42,503 bases of DNA, from positions 1 to 42,503 of the forward strand of contig MFIQ01000026.1 in assembly GCA_001778905.1 (NCBI GenBank), given 5' to 3'. The translations under genes and the position numbers were made by a program. Position 1 is the stretch's first letter. Every line of letters starts with the position of its first letter. Positions 34,242-42,503 of the stretch are shown here, piece by piece. The notes beneath the pieces are model-generated. The model was not told the origin of the DNA. It saw only the letters and a list, made by a program, of their open reading frames with translations, and did no database searches. This DNA is from Candidatus Giovannonibacteria bacterium RIFCSPLOWO2_12_FULL_44_15 (lineage in GTDB: Bacteria; Patescibacteriota; Minisyncoccia; JACPKW01; UBA11713).

Positions 34242-35552
34242 TTACCTATTTTCCCAGCCGTCGTCCTGCCGGCACAATAGCTCCTTTTTCTTCTCCGGTT
34301 CGGCCATGAGCCGCTCCACAATTTTCTCCATCCGCATTCCCTGCGATCCCTTAATCAAGAGTAGATCGCCTGGCTTGATGATTTTTTCAAGTTCTTCCCC
34401 TGCGCGCCCTGAAGTTTCAAAAATATAAATGCTCCGCTTTTTAAGGCCCTCTTTAATGGCGCCTTCCATAAAAAATTTCGCCCGTACGCCAACCGTGCAC
34501 AAAATATCAGAGACATCCGCCGCCAAGCTTCCGAGATCGCGATGGGCCGTAATAGTATGCTTTCCTAATTCGAGCATATCTCCCAAAACCGCAATCTTTC
34601 TTCCTTCTCTAGTCGGCGGTTTTATATCATCGAGGGTCTTTAAAGCCGCTTCAAGTGCTTTTGGAGAGGAATTATATGAATCGTCCAATATGAGCGTTTC
34701 CTTTACTCCCCGTATTAACTTCAAGCGCCCTGGGGGAGGCGAATAGACCGAAATCATTTCGATACAATCCTCGAGTGTCATTCCAAGATTAGAACCGACG
34801 GTGATCGCCGCAAGTGCCGGATATACGCTATGGGAACCGAAAGCATTCATAATTTTTACAGGTAGATCTTCGCTCTTAGTTTTGACCTTAAACTCAATGC
34901 CTTCTGGGACTGAGCCAAACTTTTCGCGCCTGAAAAATATTTTATAATCCATGGCCTCAAAATCTGCTCCTTCGGAAAACCCATAGGTTAAGATCTCGCC
35001 ATCGGTCTTATCTTTCATTTCCATTATTCTGGGGTCGTCAAAATTCAAAATAATGGAGGATTTTTCGTCGAGCCCTTTGATCAGCTCTACTTTCTCGCCA
35101 AAAACTTCTTCCGGCCCGGAAAAAAATTCCACGTGGACTGGAATCTCTGCCAACGCCGTCAAAACTGCGACATCGGGCTTAAGCCATAACCTTATCTTCT
35201 TGATATCTTCCGGGCGGTCCGCGCCAACTTCCAAGACCAAAATTTCTGGATAATTTTCTCGAGTGACGATTGCCGCAACCCCCTTCCAGAAAGCAACGAG
35301 CCACATATAAATAGAATCCCATCCGCTCTCCGCCCCAATTATCGCGAGCGGGACGCCGAGTTCAGAGTTATAGCTCTTTTTGCTTTTCCTAACCCTGAAT
35401 TTTTTCTCGAGGACTTTCGCGATCGCGTCCTTGGTCGAAGTCTTCCCGACCGATCCCGTCACGGCAACGACTTTGGGCTTATATTTTTTTAATATTAGCT
35501 GTGCCTCCCAAGTCAAAACAAAAACAACAATTTTTTTCAGTATTTCGTGCAT
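34242..35552 (-). CDS. murF: UDP-MurNAc-tripeptide--D-alanyl-D-alanine ligase
   Basis: 'VVAVTGSVGKTSTKD' is the Mur ligase P-loop. 'LDDSYNSSP' and 'GDMLELG' are present. Confidence 0.9.
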   Translation of the reverse strand: MHEILKKIVVFVLTWEAQLILKKYKPKVVAVTGSVGKTSTKDAIAKVLEKKFRVRKSKKSYNSELGVPLAIIGAESGWDSIYMWLVAFWKGVAAIVTRENYPEILVLEVGADRPEDIKKIRLWLKPDVAVLTALAEIPVHVEFFSGPEEVFGEKVELIKGLDEKSSIILNFDDPRIMEMKDKTDGEILTYGFSEGADFEAMDYKIFFRREKFGSVPEGIEFKVKTKSEDLPVKIMNAFGSHSVYPALAAITVGSNLGMTLEDCIEMISVYSPPPGRLKLIRGVKETLILDDSYNSSPKALEAALKTLDDIKPPTREGRKIAVLGDMLELGKHTITAHRDLGSLAADVSDILCTVGVRAKFFMEGAIKEGLKKRSIYIFETSGRAGEELEKIIKPGDLLLIKGSQGMRMEKIVERLMAEPEKKKELLCRQDDGWENR

Positions 35553-35650
35553 ATAAAAATATAGTATATATTATAAGCTATATCTTGATTTTTTTCTAAA
35601 AATAGTGTATACTGCAATCAAAATTCCTTGCAAAAGAAAGGGGTAATAAG

Positions 35651-36133
35651 ATGCCTGCAGAAACCATTATTGTGGTTATTCCCTGTCACTTCAAAAGAAA
35701 AAATGAGCTTTGTGCCACATCTATAAAGCGTCTTGAGAGAGCACTGAATTTTTATAGCAGGGCGCTGTTTATCCTAACGGGTCCAGTGCCATTCGAGTCC
35801 GGTAGCAAAACGCTTAGTGATCTCATGAGAGAATATCTAATCTCCGAAGGCGTTCCGAAATCACGCATCTTTGGCGGAGAAGGAGTTGAGATTTTTTCCG
35901 AAGCAAAAAACACCGTAGCCCTCATCGAAAGACGATTCCCTGATTGCAAGGCGTTTGAGATCGTCAGCTCCGATTGGTATTTCCTTCCGGGGTGGAAGAT
36001 CTGGAGTCATGCGGCTTCAGAAAGCGGATTGGAAATCGAAACGATCGAAGTATTTGATACCGGGGCATCAAAACGAGAGCATACTATCTGCTCGGCGGCA
36101 TCCTGGTTTGGTTATCCTTCCTCCTCCGTTTAA
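35651..36133 (+). CDS. DUF218 (YdcF/ElyC-like) domain protein
   Basis: 'SIKRLERALNFYSRALFILTG', 'LSDLMREYLISEGVPKSRIF' and 'SEAKNTVALI' follow the DUF218 pattern. AAAGGGG SD. Confidence 0.55.
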   Translation: MPAETIIVVIPCHFKRKNELCATSIKRLERALNFYSRALFILTGPVPFESGSKTLSDLMREYLISEGVPKSRIFGGEGVEIFSEAKNTVALIERRFPDCKAFEIVSSDWYFLPGWKIWSHAASESGLEIETIEVFDTGASKREHTICSAASWFGYPSSSV

Positions 36134-36259
36134 ACGGTTTTCTGGGAAAAGTTATGACCAAGCTCTATGCCGGACGCAAAAAAAGTTTCAAACGTAATGG
36201 CTGCGCCTGATCAACAAACGAGCCCGGTAGGATTTCTCCCACCGGGCTCAAAAACTACC

Positions 36260-36284
36260 CACTTAGGTGTCCGACACCTAAGTG
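36260..36284. repeat. REP-like perfect palindrome (11-bp arms, 3-nt loop)
   Basis: CACTTAGGTGT CCG ACACCTAAGTG. Confidence 0.85.
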
Positions 36285-36297
36285 CTATAATCTAGGA

Positions 36298-36936
36298 ATG
36301 AGAAAGACCCCCTTTGTTTCAGGAGAATATTACCACATATATAATCGAGGTGTGGATAAACGCACTATTTTTTCTCAAAAATACGATGTGGATAGATTTT
36401 TGAAATGCATGATTGAATTTAACAATGTTGAGCCAATTGGTAGCTTATATCAGCTTTCTTTCAAAAAGCGACAGAATAAACATTCGAGAAAAAAATTAGT
36501 GAATATAATCTGTTATTGTCTTAATCAAAATCACTTTCATATTATTCTTAAATGTTTAACAGATAATTCTATTAGTGAGTATATGAAACGTATAGGCGGG
36601 GGATATACAAATTATTTCAACGGTAAATATAAAAGAAATGGAGCTCTATTTCAGGGAAAATTTAAATCTATCAACGTTGACTCTAATCCGTATCTTCTTC
36701 ACCTTTCGGCTTATGTTAACTTAAACAACAAGGTTCACAGAAAACACAATAGTCTATGGCTTTCAAGTTTGGAACAATATACCTCTCCGTCAGAAAATTC
36801 TTTATGCAGCAAGAATATAATTTTAGATCAATTCAATAATGTGGATGAATATAAAATTTTTGCGGAAGAATCTTTAAAAGATATTTTAGCTAGAAAAGAT
36901 CGATTTAAAGAAATGGAAAAATTATTACTCGAATAA
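36298..36936 (+). CDS. IS200/RAYT-type HUH tyrosine transposase
   Basis: 'GEYYHIYNRG', HUH motif 'NHFHIIL', and 'GALFQGKFKS', 'LSAYVNLNN' (catalytic Tyr region). Confidence 0.8.
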   Translation: MRKTPFVSGEYYHIYNRGVDKRTIFSQKYDVDRFLKCMIEFNNVEPIGSLYQLSFKKRQNKHSRKKLVNIICYCLNQNHFHIILKCLTDNSISEYMKRIGGGYTNYFNGKYKRNGALFQGKFKSINVDSNPYLLHLSAYVNLNNKVHRKHNSLWLSSLEQYTSPSENSLCSKNIILDQFNNVDEYKIFAEESLKDILARKDRFKEMEKLLLE

Positions 36937-36941
36937 TTAAC

Positions 36942-36987
36942 GACTTAGGTGTAGGTGTCCGACACCTAATGTCCGACACCTAAGTGC
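36942..36987. repeat. Composite/nested REP copies
   Basis: gACTTAGGTGT [AGGTGT CCG ACACCT] AAT GT CCG ACACCTAAGTG. This is about 1.5 copies of the left palindrome, able to form nested hairpins. Confidence 0.8.
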
Positions 36988-38715
36988 TTACCTATCCGGT
37001 GGTACGTCGTAGTACGTTAATAAAAATTGCATTATCTGCTCATAGTACGGCCCCAGGGATGCGGAAGCATATCGCACTCCATGGGGTTTTTCTATATACA
37101 TAAAAAGTAAAAATTTAGCGTCGAAGCCCGGAGCGTACGCGAGGAAAGAATGGAGATACTGATCGGAATATCCCTTCCCGTCTTTATTCGCGATCTCGGC
37201 CGTTCCAGTTTTCGCGGCCGCGGTCCAATGCTTGAATTTTGCCGTCCCACCCAAAAGAGCTTCGTCTCCGACTTTAACCAACATACGTGAGACTGTATCC
37301 GCGGTCTCGGAAGTTATAACCCGCCTGACTTCTTCAGGCCCAAATACTACATCTTCCCTGCCCGGGCGCATAATCCGCTCGACAATATATGGCTTCATAA
37401 TTTTCCCGCCGTTCGCAAGCGCAGAAGCGGCTCTGGCAAATTCAAGAGGAGTCGCGGTAACCCCCTGTCCGTACGCCGCAGTCGCGTACTCGACATCGCG
37501 CGTTGAATTTAAGTTCTGCAAATTTCCTTTAACCTCGCCGGGCAATGTTATGCCTGTTTTCTCCGAAAGCCCGTAAGCTCCAAAATATTTTCGCATGTTT
37601 TCTTTTCCCAATTTGCTGGCGACAAATGCCGCTCCGGTATTCAGCGACTCGCTTAAAACGTTTTGCATTGTCGTTACTCCCCTCCCTTTTTCGTCAAAAT
37701 TTTTTATCGTATATCCGTCGAGCGTAAGATATCCTTTATCAAGATATGTAGTCTCGGGCGTAACGACTTTTTCATTTATGCCCGCGGCCATGGTCAGGGG
37801 CTTAAAAACCGATCCAAATTCATACGCACCCTCGACAACCGGATTGACGAAAACATCCAGCGACTCTGTTTTGCCGTAGGTATTGGGATCAAAATTAGGG
37901 AAGGCTGCCATTGCGAGAATCTTTCCGGTTTTAGGTTCAATCACAATCGCTCCTCCTCCTGTCGGTTTCCATTCTTCCTGGACGTCTTTAAGTTTCTTTT
38001 CAAGAAAAGCTTGAACGTTGGGTTCCAGCGTTAAAACAATATCATAACCCTCTTCCGGAGGCGAGAGAAATCTTTTCCCTAATTCGAGCAAAATCCCCCC
38101 GGCGGATTGAGCTCCCGAAACCCATCCCGTTTTTCCCCTAAGCTCTTCTTCAAAATATCTTTCAATGCCATATCTGCCCTCTAGCTCATCATCCTTGTAA
38201 CCCAGAAATCCGACGACGTGCGACGCTTCAGTTTTCGCCGGGTAAACTCTCCACTCCTCAGGAGATACCACGACATTCTCAAGTTTTAAATCAGTGATTT
38301 TATCCGCCTTATCACGATCCAGCCGGTGCAGGACGACCTCGTAGGGATCGTCTTTTTTTGAAGCTCTGGCGAGAAAATCTTCCTTATCCAGCGTGACAAT
38401 TGTGCTCAATTTTTCTAGAATAGAATTGGGATTTTCCAATTTTTTCGGATTAATAAAAAGGAGGTATCCTTCCTTTGTCGACGCCACGGGAATCAATTCC
38501 CCGGAGCGCTCACGCAAATAAATTTCCCCGCGCCTCGGCGTTAAAATTTGGGAGAAATTCTGCTGGCGCTGGGCTTGAGTCCTATAGTACGCTCCGGAAA
38601 CTACTTGCAGAAAAAAAAGGCGTCCTATCAAAAATATTCCGGCAATCAGCAGGATAAAAAAAGCTATCCGTATGCGTCCTGTAATCCTGCGCTCCGGAGA
38701 TTGATCCTTTATCAT
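36988..38715 (-). CDS. ftsI: Penicillin-binding protein 2 / FtsI-type D,D-transpeptidase
   Basis: N-terminal TM, then SxxK 'SVFK', SxN 'SLN' and 'KTGTA'. Confidence 0.9.
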   Translation of the reverse strand: MIKDQSPERRITGRIRIAFFILLIAGIFLIGRLFFLQVVSGAYYRTQAQRQQNFSQILTPRRGEIYLRERSGELIPVASTKEGYLLFINPKKLENPNSILEKLSTIVTLDKEDFLARASKKDDPYEVVLHRLDRDKADKITDLKLENVVVSPEEWRVYPAKTEASHVVGFLGYKDDELEGRYGIERYFEEELRGKTGWVSGAQSAGGILLELGKRFLSPPEEGYDIVLTLEPNVQAFLEKKLKDVQEEWKPTGGGAIVIEPKTGKILAMAAFPNFDPNTYGKTESLDVFVNPVVEGAYEFGSVFKPLTMAAGINEKVVTPETTYLDKGYLTLDGYTIKNFDEKGRGVTTMQNVLSESLNTGAAFVASKLGKENMRKYFGAYGLSEKTGITLPGEVKGNLQNLNSTRDVEYATAAYGQGVTATPLEFARAASALANGGKIMKPYIVERIMRPGREDVVFGPEEVRRVITSETADTVSRMLVKVGDEALLGGTAKFKHWTAAAKTGTAEIANKDGKGYSDQYLHSFLAYAPGFDAKFLLFMYIEKPHGVRYASASLGPYYEQIMQFLLTYYDVPPDR

Positions 38716-38725
38716 GAGATAATTT

Positions 38726-39043
38726 TTACCTCAAATTCCCGAGGCTCGATAACGCAAAATTGCTTTCCCTAGATACAAATTCCTGTTTCGGGATTTCCTT
38801 TTTTTCAAACGAAGCCGAATACTGGTCGTAAAAGCCTGAAAGGCCTGCAATAAAAACTTCCTCACGGTCTTGAATATCCTGGCGCGTTATCCTTATTCGG
38901 CGGTCCAACTCTCCTTTTCGAAAATTTTCGGAAATCGCCATATTAAGCATAGTTATGTAAATCAAAAGCAAAGAAACCGCCGCAACAGTTATCAAAGGCA
39001 GGAGTTTTTCTTCTTTCGGTAAATATATTTTAACGTATTTCAT
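38726..39043 (-). CDS. ftsL: FtsL-like small bitopic cell-division protein
   Basis: 105 aa, one TM plus a charged helical tail. Position between rsmH and ftsI. Confidence 0.6.
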   Translation of the reverse strand: MKYVKIYLPKEEKLLPLITVAAVSLLLIYITMLNMAISENFRKGELDRRIRITRQDIQDREEVFIAGLSGFYDQYSASFEKKEIPKQEFVSRESNFALSSLGNLR

Positions 39044-39044
39044 T

Positions 39045-39917
39045 TTAAATTTTTTCGATGATTCGCAATTTTGCGGAGCGGGAACGCGGATTTTTTAAAA
39101 TTTCTTCCCGGCCGGGTATAATTGGTTTTTTATTGATAAGTTTTCCTTCCTCACTTTTCGCTTTTTCTTTAAAAAAGTTTTTAATTATCCTGTCCTCGAG
39201 AGAATGGTATGAGATCACGGCTATTCTCCCTTCAGGCTTTATTATCTTCCAAGCTCCCGTAAGTCCTATCTCAATATTCTCAAGTTCGTGATTCAGGTAA
39301 ATCCGGAGCGACTGGAAAGTTCTTGTCGCCGGATTGATCCTCCCTCTTCGAGGAACCACTCGAGAAATCACTTCCGCAAGCTCCTTGGCGCTTGCAATTC
39401 TTTTTTTTGCCCTGTATCGCTCGATTGCCCGCGCTATGCGCCCCGCGAATCGCTCTTCGCCGTATTTCCGTATTACCTCTTCCAAGTCCTTAACGTTGGC
39501 GGTTCTGATAAATTCTTCGGCGTTGGGCTTTTGGTTAAAGTCAAAAGTCATGCCCAACCCATCCTCTGACTTAAACGAGAATCCCCGGCCGGATGCTAAA
39601 AGTTGTAAAGAACTTAGCCCAAGGTCAAATAAAATCGCATCCGGCCTAAAGGGTCCCGCCACCTTCTCCATTTCTGAGAAGTTCGAATGAAAAAGTTTAA
39701 CTCTCCCCTCTCCGCTCAATTCGCTCCGAAGTTTTTCAATCATGCTCAAATCCCAATCGAGTCCGATGAGTTTCCCTTCTTGCCCCAGTTTTTTTAATAT
39801 TTCCATCGCGTGGCCTCCTCCGTCCACCGTCGCGTCAATAACTACCGATCCGCTTTTTAAATTGAGCCCGTCGACTACCTCCGAGAGCAAGACAGGAATA
39901 TGTTTTCCTGGGATCAT
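39045..39917 (-). CDS. rsmH: 16S rRNA (cytosine1402-N4)-methyltransferase
   Basis: 'HIPVLLSEVVDGL', 'DATVDGGGHA', 'FDLGLSSLQL' and 'ISYHSLEDR'. Confidence 0.95.
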   Translation of the reverse strand: MIPGKHIPVLLSEVVDGLNLKSGSVVIDATVDGGGHAMEILKKLGQEGKLIGLDWDLSMIEKLRSELSGEGRVKLFHSNFSEMEKVAGPFRPDAILFDLGLSSLQLLASGRGFSFKSEDGLGMTFDFNQKPNAEEFIRTANVKDLEEVIRKYGEERFAGRIARAIERYRAKKRIASAKELAEVISRVVPRRGRINPATRTFQSLRIYLNHELENIEIGLTGAWKIIKPEGRIAVISYHSLEDRIIKNFFKEKAKSEEGKLINKKPIIPGREEILKNPRSRSAKLRIIEKI

Positions 39918-39918
39918 T

Positions 39919-40353
39919 TTAATATGCTCCTATCTCCCCAAGTTTTTCGGCAAGCTTATCCGTCGAGCGCTCGATTTCCTTGCGATAGGTCTGCCATCGT
40001 TCCTTATTCCAAATCTCAATTCGTCTGAAAACTCCGATGATGCTGGCTTCTCCTTTTAAGATGGCGTATTCCGACAGAAAATCAGGTATTAAAATTCTTC
40101 CGAGATTATCCAGTTCTACGTCCGCAGCGCCCGCCAAAAACAATCTGACAAAGTCACGAGTGTCCTTTTGTCCGGTCGGTAGCTCCGAAAGCCTTTTCGC
40201 AACCTTTTCCCATTCAGTAAGCGGGTATACAAAGAGGCAAGAATCCAAACCACGCGTGATAATAGCCCGCTTTCCAAGATCCTTTCGGAACTTAGCCGGA
40301 ACAGCTAAGCGCCTTTTTGAGTCTAAATTATGCAAATATTCGCCGATAAACAT
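39919..40353 (-). CDS. mraZ: Transcriptional regulator MraZ
   Basis: 'FIGEYLHNLDSKRRLAVPAKFR' and a second 'GRILIPDFL' repeat. Confidence 0.95.
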   Translation of the reverse strand: MFIGEYLHNLDSKRRLAVPAKFRKDLGKRAIITRGLDSCLFVYPLTEWEKVAKRLSELPTGQKDTRDFVRLFLAGAADVELDNLGRILIPDFLSEYAILKGEASIIGVFRRIEIWNKERWQTYRKEIERSTDKLAEKLGEIGAY

Positions 40354-40400
40354 TGATTTGGGGCAAATAGCCTTTATTTTTAAAGGAGAAATTAGATATG

Positions 40401-40472
40401 CACACTATCCACAGGTTTATCCACTTTCCCCCACTTCTCTTTCATTATACCCCACTCATACTACCCTATCAA
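40401..40472 (-). promoter_or_regulatory. dcw promoter (TTGATA-17-TATAAT) with downstream GTGG direct repeats (candidate MraZ boxes)
   Basis: On the minus strand, TTGATA is at 40472-40467 and TATAAT at 40449-40444. Then 'GAAGTGGGGGAAAGTGGATAAACCTGTGGATAGTGTG', with GTGG spaced 10 and 12 nt apart. Confidence 0.5.
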
Positions 40473-40502
40473 ACATCTACAAACATTTCCATGTGGAAAA
40501 GT

Positions 40503-40535
40503 AATCCCGCACCTTTCAACAAAAGGTGCGGGATT
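40503..40535 (-). terminator. Strong hairpin terminator after lysS
   Basis: AATCCCGCACCTTT pairs with AAAGGTGCGGGATT (14-bp stem). Confidence 0.7.
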
Positions 40536-40564
40536 GGGTAAATAAAATCCTATAGAAATTTTAT

Positions 40565-42031
40565 CTACTCTTTTGGTTTCATCGTTGGAAACAATATCAC
40601 TTCTTTGATGTTGTGTGTATCGGTTAAAAGCATCGCCAAGCGGTCAATCCCAATTCCGAGGCCGGCCGCCGGAGGCATCCCGTATTCCAAAGATTCCACA
40701 TAATCTTCGTCCATCGGATGCGCTTCTTTGTCTTTCCCCGCTCTAAGCGCCTCCTGGAACTCAAATCGTTTTTTCTGCTCCAATGGATTATTTAGTTCAG
40801 AAAAGCCATTAACAACTTCGACGCCTCCGATTACCAATTGAAATCTATCCACCAATTCCGAGCTTTGTGGCAGTTCTTTTGCCAAGGGCGAAATCGCGAG
40901 AGGATGATCGGTCACAAAAATGGGCTGGATTAATTTCGGCCTGCAAATTTTCTTGAATATCTCGTCGGCTATCTTTTCTTTGGTGTCCTCGGGAGCCGGA
41001 CTTAAGCCAAATTGCTTCGCGCGGACCATGAACTCCTCGCGGTTCATATTTTCCGGCTTAATAATCAAGGCGTAGCGCTCGATTACCGACCAAAAGGGGA
41101 TCGAGGATATCTTGCCCGACAATTTAATTTCATGGCCTTCGAATTTGAATGAATTTTTCTTTGTTACTTTTTTGATTAAGACAGCCAAAACTTTGGCTAT
41201 AAATTCCTTAAGCGCTTCGGAGTCCCAATAAGCTGCGTAAAGTTCGAGCATGGTAAATTCTGGATTATGGGTTACATCTATGCCTTCATTTCGAAATACT
41301 CTGCCAATCTCAAAAATCTTGCCAAACCCTCCAACCAAAAGGCGCTTCAAGTAAAGTTCGGGAGCAATTCTTAGATACATATCAAAATCAAGCATGCGAT
41401 GATGCGTTTTAAACGGCTCGGCAAGCGCTCCCCCATAGACCGACTGAAGCATTGGGGTTTCTACCTCCTGAAAGCCATCCTTAGCGAGTATTACCCTAAT
41501 CTCCCCTATGATATTTGATCGCAAGAGAAATTTTCCGCGGACCTCCGGACTCATAAGCAGGTCTAAATATCTTTTTCGAAAACGCTCTTCAGCATCCTGG
41601 AGACCGTGCCATTTCTCAGGGAGCGGGCGCAAAGATTTTGCCAAAACCTGCCAGTGCACAGCCTCAATTGTCGGTTCTTTTCTTTTTGTATAGAATGCTC
41701 TGCCCAAAACCGCTACAAAATCCCCGACGTCTATATTCTCGGAAAATAATTTAAATGACTTCTCACCGATTTTATCTCGTCCGACAAACGCCTGAAGCTT
41801 CTCGGTTCCATCATATAAATCCAAGAATGCGGACCCGCCGTGTTCGCGTTTAGCCATGATGCGTCCCGCGATCCCGACTCCCTTTTTTCGAAGATTTTTC
41901 TTGAAATCTTTTTTAATCTTAGATATTTCAAAAATCGGAAAATCTACTTTCGCCGGAAACGGATTTATCCCCGCCTTCTTCAGTTTTTCTAGTTTGGCGA
42001 CGCGTACGCTCCGTAATTCTTCAAGTGACAT
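40565..42031 (-). CDS. lysS: Lysyl-tRNA synthetase, class II
   Basis: 'FRNEGIDVTHNPEFTMLELY' (motif 2) and 'GGLGIGIDRLAMLL' (motif 3). Confidence 0.95.
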   Translation of the reverse strand: MSLEELRSVRVAKLEKLKKAGINPFPAKVDFPIFEISKIKKDFKKNLRKKGVGIAGRIMAKREHGGSAFLDLYDGTEKLQAFVGRDKIGEKSFKLFSENIDVGDFVAVLGRAFYTKRKEPTIEAVHWQVLAKSLRPLPEKWHGLQDAEERFRKRYLDLLMSPEVRGKFLLRSNIIGEIRVILAKDGFQEVETPMLQSVYGGALAEPFKTHHRMLDFDMYLRIAPELYLKRLLVGGFGKIFEIGRVFRNEGIDVTHNPEFTMLELYAAYWDSEALKEFIAKVLAVLIKKVTKKNSFKFEGHEIKLSGKISSIPFWSVIERYALIIKPENMNREEFMVRAKQFGLSPAPEDTKEKIADEIFKKICRPKLIQPIFVTDHPLAISPLAKELPQSSELVDRFQLVIGGVEVVNGFSELNNPLEQKKRFEFQEALRAGKDKEAHPMDEDYVESLEYGMPPAAGLGIGIDRLAMLLTDTHNIKEVILFPTMKPKE

Positions 42032-42503
42032 TTATCGAATATCTAATATCTTATAAGCCATCTCCCCTTTTGGCGTATGGATTGTAACCACATCCCCTTT
42101 TTGTTTTCCGATGAGCGCTCTCCCCAAAGGAGACTCGTTTGAAATTCGATTTTGGGACGGGTCAGCCTCTTCTCTTCCGACAATAAAGTAAGAATCTTCG
42201 CTTCCGTTTCCTTCTTTCTTGGTGACAACAGTTGATCCGATGGTGACCGCCGAGGCCGAAACCGGTTGAGAAATCAAAACAGCCCGGCTTAAAATATCTT
42301 CCAAGTCGGCTATGCGCCCCTCGACAAGCTGCTGTTCTTCCTTGGCCTCTTGGTATTCTGCGTTCTCGGAAAGGTCCCCTAAACTCTTCGCATATTCAAG
42401 CCTTTCCGCTATCTCCTTGCGCCTTTTATCCTTAAGAACCAAGAGCTCCTCTTTGAGGCGCGAAAACCCGGAAGCGCTTAAATATTCGGCATTTTCATTG
42501 ATA
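42032..42503 (-). CDS. greA: Transcription elongation factor GreA (N-terminus just beyond the window)
   Basis: The frame is open to the window edge: '..YLSASGFSRLKEELLVLKDKRRKEIAERLEYAKSLGDLSENAEYQEAKEEQ'. C-terminal 'SPLGRALIGKQKGDVV'. Confidence 0.9.
   Translation of the reverse strand, partial: INENAEYLSASGFSRLKEELLVLKDKRRKEIAERLEYAKSLGDLSENAEYQEAKEEQQLVEGRIADLEDILSRAVLISQPVSASAVTIGSTVVTKKEGNGSEDSYFIVGREEADPSQNRISNESPLGRALIGKQKGDVVTIHTPKGEMAYKILDIR

Larger units (their letters stand above)
36260..36987 (+). mobile_element. RAYT (REP-associated tyrosine transposase) gene flanked by REP-like palindromes
   Basis: An HUH/Y1 transposase-like CDS is bracketed by copies of CACTTAGGTGT-CCG-ACACCTAAGTG. 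The right copy ends 1 nt before the ftsI stop codon. Confidence 0.75.

Noticed and set aside
36220-36249. The 9-bp GC hairpin as the terminator of the plus-strand DUF218 gene.
   Set aside because: On the plus strand it is followed by A-rich, not T-rich, sequence. The orientation fits a minus-strand terminator (formerly of ftsI) better.
1-42503. Alternative genetic code (UGA=Gly/Trp, as in some CPR lineages).
   Set aside because: Long conserved genes translate uninterrupted with the standard code. TGA serves as the stop of several genes (for example the gtrA-like, C39-like and MazG-like genes).
1-42503. CRISPR arrays, DGR template/variable repeats, rRNA genes and prophage blocks.
   Set aside because: By-eye scanning found no regularly spaced direct repeats, no reverse transcriptase or Cas-like ORFs, no rRNA-like conserved stretches, and no phage structural genes. 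A computational repeat search would be needed to be certain.

Overview
The window is compact and mostly minus-strand coding. It looks like a reduced-genome bacterium, probably Candidate Phyla Radiation / Patescibacteria; that placement is inferred from gene content only. The standard genetic code applies, since both TAG and TGA act as stops.

Housekeeping backbone:
- obg, serS, lysS, greA (partial) and a short dnaX.
- A dcw cluster: mraZ-rsmH-ftsL-ftsI ... murF-ddl, with an ftsQ-like gene elsewhere.
- tRNA-Gln(UUG) and tRNA-Ala(UGC).

Accessory or unusual content:
1. A >1,250-aa repeat surface protein with an N-terminal HTH and one TM helix. It runs off the 5' edge and is missing from the ORF track. 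A free-standing HTH paralogue is encoded divergently, and a TCGACC motif clusters around the shared promoter.
2. A CYTH-ICMT fusion.
3. A metazoan-PAICS-like PurC-PurE fusion with no other pur genes nearby.
4. A small islet at 13.4-15.7 kb: C39-like peptidase, histidine phosphatase, VOC protein, hicBA, a truncated duplicate of the C39 gene 5' end, and a DCTPP1/MazG-like gene carrying an in-frame TAG at a conserved Trp.
5. A GtrA + 2x GT39 + beta-helix envelope glycosylation cluster, plus a DUF2298 'YYY' membrane protein.
6. An ECF sigma factor with a membrane partner, and a degenerate ClpP-like protein.
7. A protein made of three XRE HTH domains.
8. An NqrB/RnfD-like membrane domain fused to an FNR-like reductase, next to a cupredoxin. 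This pair directly abuts ddl.
9. A RAYT (IS200-like HUH transposase) flanked by REP palindromes, inserted exactly after the ftsI stop codon.

No CRISPR array, rRNA, integrase or reverse transcriptase was seen.

Best candidates for something undescribed are the HTH-TM-giant repeat protein module, the RnfD-FNR/cupredoxin redox module appended to murF-ddl, the orphan PAICS-like gene, and the rearranged C39/hicBA/MazG islet.

All homology calls come from motif recognition by eye and need database confirmation.
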